This document shows positions 54,583 through 64,000 of a stretch of 64,000 nucleotides of DNA, one piece after another. The stretch comes from an uncultured Gammaproteobacteria bacterium (GTDB lineage: Bacteria > Pseudomonadota > Gammaproteobacteria > JABCZS01). Made by a program: the position numbers and the translations under genes. The stretch is taken from NCBI GenBank assembly GCA_963848305.1, contig CAWKDC010000001.1:416001-480000 (forward strand). The letters are read 5' to 3'. The notes under the pieces were generated by a model. That model worked only from the letters and a program-made list of their open reading frames with translations. It was not told the DNA's origin and made no database searches. Position 1 is the stretch's first letter. Each line of letters starts with the position of its first letter.

Positions 54583-55009
54583 TTGGTTGCAGATTGCGAA
54601 AGAAAAAATCTCCAAAAGGCCTGATCATAGTACTGCCATTACTGACAATAGAGATCTAATGTCACTATTGACAGTACATAGGCCGCAAGATTCAGATGTT
54701 TCGCCTGCTTCTAATGTCACTATTGGCAGTACCTCATCTGAGGTTTTGTCGAATTTTTTTGAAAAGGCACCGACACTAGACATTGAATTATTGTACGACG
54801 ATATACAATGGCTGATCAGAATTTGTCTTGGAATACCAGCAGCCAAATTAAGGGGGCTATTCGATGGATATATTCGGCGATGGCTCAAAGCAATGTCACA
54901 AGAACCTGCCATTCACAAGCGTCAAAATATTGGACGTTACCATGCCAACACCTTTTTGCGAGAAACACTATCACAAACCAGGTACAATTCCATCAACCAC
55001 AGGAGATAA
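54575..55009 (+). CDS. Hypothetical protein of the element
   Basis: GAGGAG RBS; overlaps the primase stop. Confidence 0.6.
   Translation: MSDWLQIAKEKISKRPDHSTAITDNRDLMSLLTVHRPQDSDVSPASNVTIGSTSSEVLSNFFEKAPTLDIELLYDDIQWLIRICLGIPAAKLRGLFDGYIRRWLKAMSQEPAIHKRQNIGRYHANTFLRETLSQTRYNSINHRR
54630..54732. repeat. Iteron-like repeats, putative replication origin
   Basis: tctaatgtcactattg(a/g)cagtac at 54655 and 54710; inverted partial copy at 54630-54647. Confidence 0.7.
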
Positions 55010-55014
55010 TCGTC

Positions 55015-55380
55015 ATGAACGATTCAGAAATGCTGACGAAGCTATGGTCTTTTATCGGTATTAAAGGTATTCAGCATTACCTTGAAGGCCGTGATATTAC
55101 TGAGGAAGAAAAATTTGAAGCAAAGAAACAACTCAAGATCATGGGATATGTTGCCATTGAAGATGAGACCAGTCAACAACGTACTGAACGTGAAGCCAGT
55201 GAATTGTTAGACGATCTCTGGGAAGCAACTTCTGTCGATGAGATGGTTGCATATCTCAATTACCCTCTGGCAACGCAGGAAGGTCGTGAATCGACGATCA
55301 CGCAAATGGGCTTACGAGGATACAAAGCTGTCCTTAAAGACGATTTACGCCCTGCAGTTTGCAGAGATTTTGCAGGTTAA
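55015..55380 (+). CDS. Hypothetical protein with a two-fold internal repeat
   Basis: AGGAG RBS; L..LW...YL...T.E...Q...GY.A occurs twice. Confidence 0.65.
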   Translation: MNDSEMLTKLWSFIGIKGIQHYLEGRDITEEEKFEAKKQLKIMGYVAIEDETSQQRTEREASELLDDLWEATSVDEMVAYLNYPLATQEGRESTITQMGLRGYKAVLKDDLRPAVCRDFAG

Positions 55381-55391
55381 GGGGGTGATTG

Positions 55392-55829
55392 ATGGCACAA
55401 TTTCAAGCCGGGCAATCAGGCAATCCGCACGGTCGGAAACCAGGCTGTTTGAATAGACGCACGCAATTATCAAAATTGCTCGAGCCACATGCTGAAGAAC
55501 TCATTGGCATTCTCGTGCACCAAGCTAAAGCCGGTGACCCAAATGCCTTAAAGCTATGCATTGAAAGGCTCATCCCAAAGCCGAAAAGCGGAGGTCCTAG
55601 CATTTCTCTACCAAACGTGGATACCTCCCTGCCGGATCACCTAGAGCTGTTCAGGGAGGCATTGTTGCTTACCCTTACGAATCAGGATGAGATCGATCTG
55701 GATGCCCTGAAGGTAATTTTGGAGCTCATCAGTGTATGTCATAGCGAGAAGCTTGCAGTCAAGGACGACGATGAGTCTGACCAAAGACTTGCTGAACTAG
55801 TCAAGAGGCTGCAGCATCAAACTATTTAG
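55392..55829 (+). CDS. DUF5681-type protein
   Basis: FQAGQSGNPHGRKPG..N, AKAGD..ALKLCIERLIP. Confidence 0.8.
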   Translation: MAQFQAGQSGNPHGRKPGCLNRRTQLSKLLEPHAEELIGILVHQAKAGDPNALKLCIERLIPKPKSGGPSISLPNVDTSLPDHLELFREALLLTLTNQDEIDLDALKVILELISVCHSEKLAVKDDDESDQRLAELVKRLQHQTI

Positions 55830-55879
55830 CGGCGAAGACAGTTGACCCACGATACCTGATCACCTACAGACCGTATAAA

Positions 55880-57184
55880 TTATTTTCCAGTTTGCTTGCT
55901 GACGACATCACTCATAATGCTCCATATTTTGTCGTCGGAGAAACCAAATTTTTTGCTCCATTCATTGTATCCTCCTTGTCCATAGTTGGTGCTTGTATAG
56001 ACAAATGGAATTTGCCCGTTCATATTATGTGATCCACAGTATGGCCCAACATAACTTCGACAAGTGGAGGTGTAAATAGCGATACAATTTTTGCCATCAT
56101 TACTGCAGTCGATTGCTCGAAAGCCTGCGGAATTAGCAGTACCCTGAAAAGGGAGAAAGACACTACTTTGCGTCCACTGCGTGCCTCCATCCGAGCTAGT
56201 ATAAATGATCCCAGCTCCTGCATTGTTAGTCTGTACAACTTTGCCAACTGCTATACAATATTCATCATTATCCCCATTGCAAGTAACACTATTTAAGCCT
56301 CCCCCAAGTCCCTGCTTTGGTATATATAATGACCAAGTAATTCCACCATTGGAAGTTCTGTAAATTAGTGGCTGACCAGGTTCGGTTGGTAATTTTCCTG
56401 CTATTCTCCCAACTGCAATGCAATATTGACCAGTTTTCTTATCGCAAGCAATCGAGTTAATCTTTGATTCGCTAGTATACTTTTGAATGGGATAAGTATC
56501 CCATGTTATACCGCCGTCAGTGCTCACGTATGAAACAAAGGTTGTTGTATTGTGGTCGATTTCATATCCTGAATTATAATCACCAATTGCTGTGCAAAAT
56601 TGCCCATCGTTACCGGAGCATGATACGATGCGAAGAGCAGATCCTAGAGTTCCAAGTCCATTCGGATAATGTGCTGTCCATTTACCTCCGTTATAGCTTC
56701 GATACACAATTGGTTGCATTAATGATCCCGATGAATTTGTGTATGAGCCAACTGCTACACAATTTTTTCCCATACATGATATATCTACTAGACCCGATGC
56801 TCCACCATGCGTATCAATACTAGACGCGCCCCAGCTTTGGCCTGCATTGTTGCTTGTGTACACGACAAATGTCGTACTATTATAAGTGCCATATATGTCA
56901 CCAACAGCTATGCACGTTTTACCATCGTTCATGTTGCAGGTAAGCCCCCTGATAAATCCTGAGCCAATACTTTGTGATGTTGTCCAATTTTTTCCTGAAT
57001 CAGTAGTTTTATATACAACCGGTCTCATGTCCGCAGAAGTAGATCCTGTCCTCTCATTGAGCATGACGACCGCTGAAAAATCATCATCATTCGTGTACGT
57101 ATTAGATGCATAGGCTGTTGTAAGCATCGAGAGCGTTATGAATATGCATATAGAAAGATATTTTGTCATTGCATTTGTACTCAT
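55880..57184 (-). CDS. Exported Asp-box (BNR) repeat beta-propeller protein
   Basis: Signal peptide; about 7 repeats of Y.S..GG.TW followed by C...G..C.AVG. Confidence 0.82.
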   Translation of the reverse strand: MSTNAMTKYLSICIFITLSMLTTAYASNTYTNDDDFSAVVMLNERTGSTSADMRPVVYKTTDSGKNWTTSQSIGSGFIRGLTCNMNDGKTCIAVGDIYGTYNSTTFVVYTSNNAGQSWGASSIDTHGGASGLVDISCMGKNCVAVGSYTNSSGSLMQPIVYRSYNGGKWTAHYPNGLGTLGSALRIVSCSGNDGQFCTAIGDYNSGYEIDHNTTTFVSYVSTDGGITWDTYPIQKYTSESKINSIACDKKTGQYCIAVGRIAGKLPTEPGQPLIYRTSNGGITWSLYIPKQGLGGGLNSVTCNGDNDEYCIAVGKVVQTNNAGAGIIYTSSDGGTQWTQSSVFLPFQGTANSAGFRAIDCSNDGKNCIAIYTSTCRSYVGPYCGSHNMNGQIPFVYTSTNYGQGGYNEWSKKFGFSDDKIWSIMSDVVSKQTGK

Positions 57185-57329
57185 TCAATAATCCAATTTT
57201 ACAGTGATAAGTCAGCCATACATGCTTCATGACATTTGATGTTTTTTGTATTGTCAAACGATTGCCTAAACTAAAAATGATACTCATTGCCCGAGGTTGG
57301 TATAAGTATCAGGCTCACATCCTATAAGA

Positions 57330-57575
57330 ATGATTAAAAAATGTCCAGCACTTTTAAAGTTAGGTAAAAAGATCAGAGACCTTAGGAAAGCCCGGGGGTA
57401 CTCTAAAGAGAGCTTTGCCGATAAGGTGGGCTTAGATAGGACCTATATCGGGGCTATAGAGCGTGGTGAACGAAATATCGCTGCCTTAAACCTCATTCGC
57501 ATTCCAAAGGCCCTTAAAATAGAAGTTGGCGAACTGTTCCCACCCGTAAAAATACCCCAGATTGATTCGCTATAG
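57330..57575 (+). CDS. XRE-family HTH regulator
   Basis: LGKKIRDLRKARGYS.E.FA..GLDRTYIGAIERGERN. Confidence 0.88.
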   Translation: MIKKCPALLKLGKKIRDLRKARGYSKESFADKVGLDRTYIGAIERGERNIAALNLIRIPKALKIEVGELFPPVKIPQIDSL

Positions 57576-58761
57576 TTGCATGTGATGCACTCCCTTTTAG
57601 AGTAGTATGAGGCTTGCTTTTCTTCATTATTTGTTAGATAATGGACTATATGTAGTCTTGGCTGTACAGCGGGAGAAGATGAAAATGATTGATATCAAAG
57701 ACATAGAAAAACAAGACAAAGCAGGTGAAAATTCATCTATTACCGCCGCAGTTCCAGCAAAGACAATTGATCTCGCCACGTTAATCGCACCCCTAGCCGC
57801 ATTCCCCAGTGTTTTTGAAGCTATTAATGACAAAGAGATAGATGAAACAAGAATTGCTCTCCTGCAACAGCTTTCAAGCAACAAAGATACTGACGCAAGA
57901 AAAGCAATCCATAGCGTGCTGATAGACATGGAATGGCACTTTTCTACGGAAAAGCCCACTTGTGGCATTATGTTCGAAGAAATGACCTCTGAAAATAAGT
58001 CTCGGTTTATCATCTTTCTTTCGGGATTTGAAAACACCCCTACATACACTTTATACCTCAAAGAGAATTTAATAGGTTGGCTTAATATTAAAAAAACTTA
58101 TCCGGTAACAGGGCTTCCCTTGAACCTGGGTGAAATGGCATATTTACAGAATGTGCATGGAATTGATATTGATAACCCTTTAGTTGGTTTAAATCCCGCA
58201 ACGCTAATCCCTGCGGTCCAAAGTACAATGGCAGATTATATGGCGGAATATCGTTGGGAATTTGAAACACGAGGTACATGGGCAGTAGCTTGGCTCATAT
58301 TTAAGGAATGTGCTGCATTGGGGGTTATTGGTTGTATCATTGTATATGCGGGGTTTTGCGCCTTGCTCATCCCTGCCCATGCATCTGTCTACGTAACAAA
58401 CCTAACAACTCGCGAGCATAGACCTTTTACCGATTTGTTTAATATTTCCCCTGATAACAGAAATAGTGGCTTTGCTTATGCATGCACATACATGGTCTTA
58501 TTTAGCGCGATTTTTACTGCATTATTCGTGACCGGAGCCGCCCAAAGCATGGCGGAGGATTTTATAGAGTCAACCATGCCCAATGCCGCGTCTCATTCAG
58601 GGATGTTGACAACCTATTTTGCAGTTTGCTTTGCATCGCTTATCTCGAGTTTACCGTTGTACTTCTCAATATTATTAGCCGGAAAGTCGCTAGAGAGTAA
58701 GGTAAATCGACTTTTTGGTGAAGATCACGTAAGTCGATTATTGGCCTCACAGCGTGCAGCT

Positions 58762-59014
<253 letters not shown>

Positions 59015-59062
59015 AATACGTATATAGCCAAGGCGCCATTGTACATAAAAATTGATATGAGG

Positions 59063-59086
59063 TGTAGGGGGGGGATTGCCCTACAA
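59063..59086. repeat. Degenerate GTAG-type REP-like palindrome
   Basis: tgtaggg...ccctacaa. Confidence 0.5.
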
Positions 59087-59095
59087 CGAAAGAGC

Positions 59096-59119
59096 AAAAA
59101 AAACCCCGCATCGCGGGGT
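59096..59119 (-). terminator. Intrinsic terminator of pilA
   Basis: Minus strand ccccgc-gat-gcgggg followed by T8. Confidence 0.75.
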
Positions 59120-59167
59120 GTGGGCTAGTAGTGATTACAGCTTTATCTTTATTAAAATACAGCTTGT

Positions 59168-59617
59168 TTAAACCTTATCTTGATGCTGAACGCGGCAATT
59201 TTGAGGTAAGTATTTACTCTCTATTCCATCGCCATTGCAAAGCCAATTGATTGAACCGCCATTGTCATTGGCGGATAATACTAAATTCTTGCCTGTTAAC
59301 CCTTTGCCTGCGCTGTCTCCAAAGGTCACAATGATCTGATTGTCGGATACAGCCACGCTGCGGACAAAATCTCCCCTGATACTATCAGGGCGGGGCATGC
59401 CTGCAACACTGTTATTATGGGGCCAGCTGCCTTGTGACATATAATATTCCATCACGGACAACTTCGCACCCGAAGCCAAGCTCAAGCCTTCCGACACCTT
59501 GCTACGGATGGTGAAATCGTTATATGCCGGTATCGCAATCATGCTTAAAATGCCAATGATGGCGATCACTATCATCATTTCGACGAGCGTGAAACCTCGT
59601 GCCGCTAACCTAATCAT
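59168..59617 (-). CDS. pilA: Type IVa major pilin
   Basis: [24 protein letters not shown]-terminal disulfide WLC..KYLPQNC. Confidence 0.93.
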   Translation of the reverse strand: MIRLAARGFTLVEMMIVIAIIGILSMIAIPAYNDFTIRSKVSEGLSLASGAKLSVMEYYMSQGSWPHNNSVAGMPRPDSIRGDFVRSVAVSDNQIIVTFGDSAGKGLTGKNLVLSANDNGGSINWLCNGDGIESKYLPQNCRVQHQDKV

Positions 59618-59773
59618 TGTCTCTCTCCAATCGTTTTTTTGGCTGTCTTTAAAGACATTTGCCTTGTTTATTCAATATAGCAAACTTTCAGCATCATGCT
59701 CAAAAAAAAACCAATATTTTTTCACTTGACCTGAGGGCTCCAAAACCGTATCATGCGCTATCACGAGGAAAAC

Positions 59774-61096
59774 ATGTCAGGCAAAGTCTTTATCAAAACC
59801 TATGGTTGTCAAATGAACGAGTACGACTCGTCTAAAATGTTTGATTTACTTGAGAAAACACAAGGTCTGACCAAAACAAACACCCCGGACGATGCGGACG
59901 TTATCCTCCTGAATACTTGCTCCATCCGCGAACGCGCCCAAGAAAATGTCTTTTCAGAGCTAGGCCGGCTACGTGAATTCAAGATCAAAAACCCCAAAGT
60001 CGTCATTGGTGTCGGGGGATGTGTGGCCTCCCAAGAAGGGGCGGCCATTCGTACCCGCGCTCCCTACGTAGACCTGGTTTTCGGCCCCCAAACCCTGCAT
60101 CGGTTGCCCACCATGATGGCTGCGCTGAACGATGGCCCTCAAATTGATATCCAATTTCCCACGATTGAAAAATTCGACAACCTCCCCGAGCCACGCGCAG
60201 AAGGCGTGCTTGCCTATGTGTCTATCATGGAAGGTTGCAGCAAATATTGTACCTTTTGTGTGGTGCCTTATACGCGCGGGGAAGAAGTCTCTCGGCCATT
60301 CGACGATGTCTTGGCAGAGGTCGCCAGCTTGGCTGACCAAGGCGTGAAAGAAGTGACTTTGCTCGGGCAAAATGTGAATGCATACCGCGGCACGATGCAC
60401 GATGGGCATATCGCCGATTTGGCTACACTCATTGAATATGTCGCCGAAATTGACGGGATTGAACGCATTCGTTACACGACCTCCCATCCTGTTGAATTTT
60501 CCCTCGCATTGATTGAGGTTTACGGCCGCGTCCCCAAACTCGTGAACCATTTGCACTTGCCCGTTCAATCAGGCTCTGATCGCATTTTATCCTTGATGAA
60601 ACGTGGTCATACCGTCTTAGAATATAAAAGCAAAATCCGAAAATTACGCGCCATCCGCCCTGATATCACCATCACTTCTGATTTTATCATTGGTTTTCCC
60701 AGTGAAACTGAACACGATTTTGAACAAACCATGAACCTGATCCAAGACATTGGTTTTGATCACAGCTTCAGCTTTATTTACAGCCCACGTCCTGGCACCC
60801 CCGCCGCGCAAATGGCTGACGATACGTCTATTGACATCAAAAAAGAAAGACTCGCTCTATTACAGCAGCGCATTCACCAACAAACAGACCGTATCAGCCA
60901 AGCCATGGTCGGCCATACTTATCCCATTTTGGTTGAAGGCCCCTCCAAAGATTTTCCGGGCAAACTCAAAGGACGAACGGAAAATAGCCGCTATGCATAT
61001 TTTGAAGGAGACACCCGTCTTATCGGACAAGTCGTCCCCGTCACCATGACACACGCAGGGCATCACTATTTACAAGGCAGACTGGCGCACGCATGA
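59774..61096 (+). CDS. miaB: tRNA methylthiotransferase MiaB
   Basis: [26 protein letters not shown] radical-SAM motif, TRAM domain. Confidence 0.97.
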   Translation: MSGKVFIKTYGCQMNEYDSSKMFDLLEKTQGLTKTNTPDDADVILLNTCSIRERAQENVFSELGRLREFKIKNPKVVIGVGGCVASQEGAAIRTRAPYVDLVFGPQTLHRLPTMMAALNDGPQIDIQFPTIEKFDNLPEPRAEGVLAYVSIMEGCSKYCTFCVVPYTRGEEVSRPFDDVLAEVASLADQGVKEVTLLGQNVNAYRGTMHDGHIADLATLIEYVAEIDGIERIRYTTSHPVEFSLALIEVYGRVPKLVNHLHLPVQSGSDRILSLMKRGHTVLEYKSKIRKLRAIRPDITITSDFIIGFPSETEHDFEQTMNLIQDIGFDHSFSFIYSPRPGTPAAQMADDTSIDIKKERLALLQQRIHQQTDRISQAMVGHTYPILVEGPSKDFPGKLKGRTENSRYAYFEGDTRLIGQVVPVTMTHAGHHYLQGRLAHA

Positions 61097-61578
61097 TGGA
61101 CATTGACATACAGATCGCCAGTCATTATTCCCCCCTCCCCACCTCAACCGATCTGGCACGATGGGCAGAAACCACGCTCAAACATCAACATACCACAGCG
61201 GATCTCACCATACGGATTGTCGACGAAGCCGAGATCATTGAGCTTAATGAACATTATCGCGGCAAACACAAGGCCACGAATGTGCTATCTTTCCCCATGG
61301 AAGCCCTCTCTGAAGCAGAAGCAACGCTCCTCGGAGAGTCAGACAATTATCTTGGGGACATCGTGATCTGCGCACCAGTTGTGGCCGCCGAGGCCGCGCA
61401 ACAAAGAAAAACATTTGAAGCCCATTTTGCACACATGGTGGTTCATGGTACCCTACACTTAATGGGGTATGATCACGTGACCACCGCACTGGCGGAGGTC
61501 ATGGAACCCCTAGAAGTGCAAATTTTAGCATCCATGCAATTTCCTAACCCATACGAGGCCAATGACAGAAATGAGTGA
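61093..61578 (+). CDS. ybeY: Endoribonuclease YbeY
   Basis: [25 protein letters not shown]. Confidence 0.96.
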   Translation: MMDIDIQIASHYSPLPTSTDLARWAETTLKHQHTTADLTIRIVDEAEIIELNEHYRGKHKATNVLSFPMEALSEAEATLLGESDNYLGDIVICAPVVAAEAAQQRKTFEAHFAHMVVHGTLHLMGYDHVTTALAEVMEPLEVQILASMQFPNPYEANDRNE

Positions 61579-62419
61579 CGAGAAACCCGCGAGTAGTATT
61601 AAGAAATTCCTGCGTTCCTTTTTTCAATCCCCCATGGAAGACAAGGATGAGTTGTTCGAACTGTTAACTGAGGCTCGCGAAAATGAATTGCTGGATAATG
61701 ATGCGTTCGAAATGCTGGAAGGCGTTTTATCCGTCGCTGAAATGCAAGCCCGCGACATCATGATCCCCCGCGCTCAAATGGTCGTGATTGAGAAAGATAC
61801 CCACTTGAATGATTTCTTACCTGAAGTGATTGCGTCAGGTCACTCGCGTTTTCCTGTGGTCAGCGAAGACAAAGATACTGTTGTCGGCATTATTCTCGCC
61901 AAGGATATTTTGAAACATTTGTTTGCCCGGCATGAAGAACCTTTTCGGATTGATGAATACATGCGTCCACCTGTGTTCGTGCCAGAGTCCAAACGTCTGA
62001 ATGTGTTACTGAAAGAATTCCGCACCAATCGCAATCACATGGCTGTGATCGTCGATGAATACGGCGGGATTTCAGGTATCGTCACGATTGAAGATATTCT
62101 CGAAGAAATTGTTGGCGAAATTGCAGATGAACATGACGCGAAGCAAGAGACCGCTTTCATTCGCCGTCAAGATAGTCATTATTTTTTGGTGGATGCCCTC
62201 ACCCCTGTTGAAGATTTCAATGAATATTTTGAAACAGAATTGCCTGAAGAAGATTTTGACACCGTCGGTGGATTGGTGATGCAATCATTTGGGCATTTGC
62301 CAGAAACAGGTGAAGTCACTTCATTAAACGAGTATGTGTTTGAAGTGATGGAAACCGATGATCGGCGAGTGTTGAGTTTGCGGGTGAAGAAAGGGAATAT
62401 GGAAGTACCTACGCACTGA
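61562..62419 (+). CDS. corC: CBS-domain Mg/Co transport protein CorC/YbeX
   Basis: RDIMIPR, HSRFPV, VDEYGG..TIEDILEEIVGEI. Confidence 0.94.
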   Translation: MTEMSDEKPASSIKKFLRSFFQSPMEDKDELFELLTEARENELLDNDAFEMLEGVLSVAEMQARDIMIPRAQMVVIEKDTHLNDFLPEVIASGHSRFPVVSEDKDTVVGIILAKDILKHLFARHEEPFRIDEYMRPPVFVPESKRLNVLLKEFRTNRNHMAVIVDEYGGISGIVTIEDILEEIVGEIADEHDAKQETAFIRRQDSHYFLVDALTPVEDFNEYFETELPEEDFDTVGGLVMQSFGHLPETGEVTSLNEYVFEVMETDDRRVLSLRVKKGNMEVPTH

Positions 62420-62472
62420 ATATCCCATGATTTCTAGGCGCCGTAAAGCATCCATATTTGAGACCATGACTA

Positions 62473-63966
62473 ATGCCAAAGATCCATCACCCTATCATCA
62501 CCATCCTCCTCGGCGCTGTCACCGCCCTTGCTTTTGCACCGTTGCAATGGTTTATCATTGCCATGATCACACCTGCGCTGCTTGAGCGCAGTATCTATCA
62601 ACAAGGCGCAAAACAAGGAGCACTTCGCAGCTTCTTATTTGGTTTAGGCTTTTTCGGCGCGGGTATCTCTTGGGTGTTCGTGAGCATTCACGATCACAGT
62701 GAAGCCCCGCTGTGGGCTGCTCTCGCCATCACATTTATTTTTATCGCCGCTTTAGCAGGCGTGCTCACAATGATGGGGGCTGTGTATGGCGCACTCACCC
62801 AGCGGCTACGCACACCCTCTTTACTGATCTTTCCGTTATTATGGGTGTTATTCGAATGGGTGCGCACGTGGCTGTTCACTGGTTTCCCGTGGTTATTGCT
62901 CGGCTACACGTTGATCGACACACCGTTGCAAGGTTTTGCGCCATTATTCGGCGTCTACGGTTTATCGTTTATCTGCGTATTGATTGGTGTTGTCACCGTT
63001 AGGTTATTTTCCATGACACTTCGGCAACAAATCATCAGCACTGCTTCCATCTCGGTATTATGCATTGCAGGCTTATACTTGAGTCATGTTGAATGGACGC
63101 ACCCGATTGGCGAGCCTAAAGTATTTGGGTTGGTACAAGGAAATATTCCACAGGAAATCAAATGGGATCCCGCTTCTGCCAAAGCCAACTTGGCCACCTA
63201 TCGCTCCCTCACACACACCCTCAGCACCAGTCACATCGTGGTCTGGCCTGAGGCGGCCTTCCCCTATACATTGCCTTATGGACGCGAATCTTTGTTGATG
63301 ATCGATGAAGATGCGCGCCACGCCCATCAAGCGCTCGTCACGGGTGTGGTGATTGCAGATCAACATGATCGCTATACCAACAGTGTGATTGCCATCGGTG
63401 ACAATGCAGATGGCCGTTACGATAAATACCATCTCGTGCCTTTCGGAGAATTTGTCCCGTTTCATGAATGGCTTGGCAGTACGTTTGATTGGCTAAAGTT
63501 GCCGATGAGTTTTACTGAGCCGGGTTTGAAAATTCAGCGCCCGCTTGAAGTACAGGGATTGATGATCACCCCCCTGATTTGTTATGAAATTGTATACCCT
63601 GAACTGTCTCGCCTGCGCGCATTGGACAGCGATGTGTTGCTGACGGTCAGCAATGATACCTGGTTTGGCCGCTCCCTCGGGCCACTTCAACACATGCAAA
63701 TGGCGCGCATGCGTGCGTTGGAAAATGGTCGAATGTTGGTTCGCGCGACCAATAATGGCATCACAGCAATCACTGATCAACACGGCTACATTCGTCAACA
63801 AGCACCGTCAGATCAAGCCACCACATTGACTGGGGTTGTTCAAGGATACGCTGGCCAAACGCCGATCATGCGGTTGGGGCATCACGTGTTGTTGATGTTG
63901 ATGGCGGCGGCTTTGGTGGGGGTTGTTATGATCCCTCGCCGCCCCTCTACATTACCCGGAAATTAA
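62473..63966 (+). CDS. lnt: Apolipoprotein N-acyltransferase
   Basis: TGFPWLLLGY, VQGNI, WPE, K.HLVPFGE, ICYE, SNDTWFG. Confidence 0.97.
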   Translation: MPKIHHPIITILLGAVTALAFAPLQWFIIAMITPALLERSIYQQGAKQGALRSFLFGLGFFGAGISWVFVSIHDHSEAPLWAALAITFIFIAALAGVLTMMGAVYGALTQRLRTPSLLIFPLLWVLFEWVRTWLFTGFPWLLLGYTLIDTPLQGFAPLFGVYGLSFICVLIGVVTVRLFSMTLRQQIISTASISVLCIAGLYLSHVEWTHPIGEPKVFGLVQGNIPQEIKWDPASAKANLATYRSLTHTLSTSHIVVWPEAAFPYTLPYGRESLLMIDEDARHAHQALVTGVVIADQHDRYTNSVIAIGDNADGRYDKYHLVPFGEFVPFHEWLGSTFDWLKLPMSFTEPGLKIQRPLEVQGLMITPLICYEIVYPELSRLRALDSDVLLTVSNDTWFGRSLGPLQHMQMARMRALENGRMLVRATNNGITAITDQHGYIRQQAPSDQATTLTGVVQGYAGQTPIMRLGHHVLLMLMAAALVGVVMIPRRPSTLPGN

Positions 63967-64000
63967 TAAACTGCCACGGATCGCTCTCATCCAACTCTTC

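Noticed and set aside
57290-57575. Controller (C) protein of a restriction-modification system, with a partly palindromic catcctataagaatg at the start
   Set aside because: No methyltransferase or nuclease gene is adjacent; kept as a generic XRE regulator.

Overview
Chromosomal window from a Gammaproteobacterium. An IcmD/DotP-like gene and many eukaryote-like orphan genes suggest a Legionellales/Coxiellaceae-like organism (inference). The core backbone is purM-purN, dcd-mrp, metG-rnfB, ccmABCDEFGH, sohB, serS-lolA-ftsK, trxB-infA, clpA-clpS-cspD, mnmA-purB, a homodimeric-type glyQS, tRNA-Thr(CGT), pilA and miaB-ybeY-corC-lnt. Scattered between these are AT-rich genes resembling host-targeted effectors (Ser/Thr kinase, phospholipase D, ankyrin, F-box-like, U-box-like, GNAT). 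Several conserved genes carry single-base frameshifts that look like sequencing or assembly errors. The most interesting part is 46.9-59.0 kb. A ~9.1 kb capsid-less, satellite-like element is integrated in tRNA-Thr. It carries an integrase, a highly structured ~280-nt leader behind a near-consensus promoter, AlpA, a split CHC2/Toprim-DUF3987 primase, origin-like repeats, DUF5681, an Asp-box propeller and a U-box-like membrane protein. Its left junction is an unusually long (217 bp) repeat that looks like a complete attP. Directly beside it, an F-box-like gene and a GNAT gene share a 174-bp promoter plus N-terminus cassette, and the F-box-like gene has an adenine-depleted, GC-rich C-terminal patch. 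All calls come from reading the sequence by eye; no database searches or folding programs were run.
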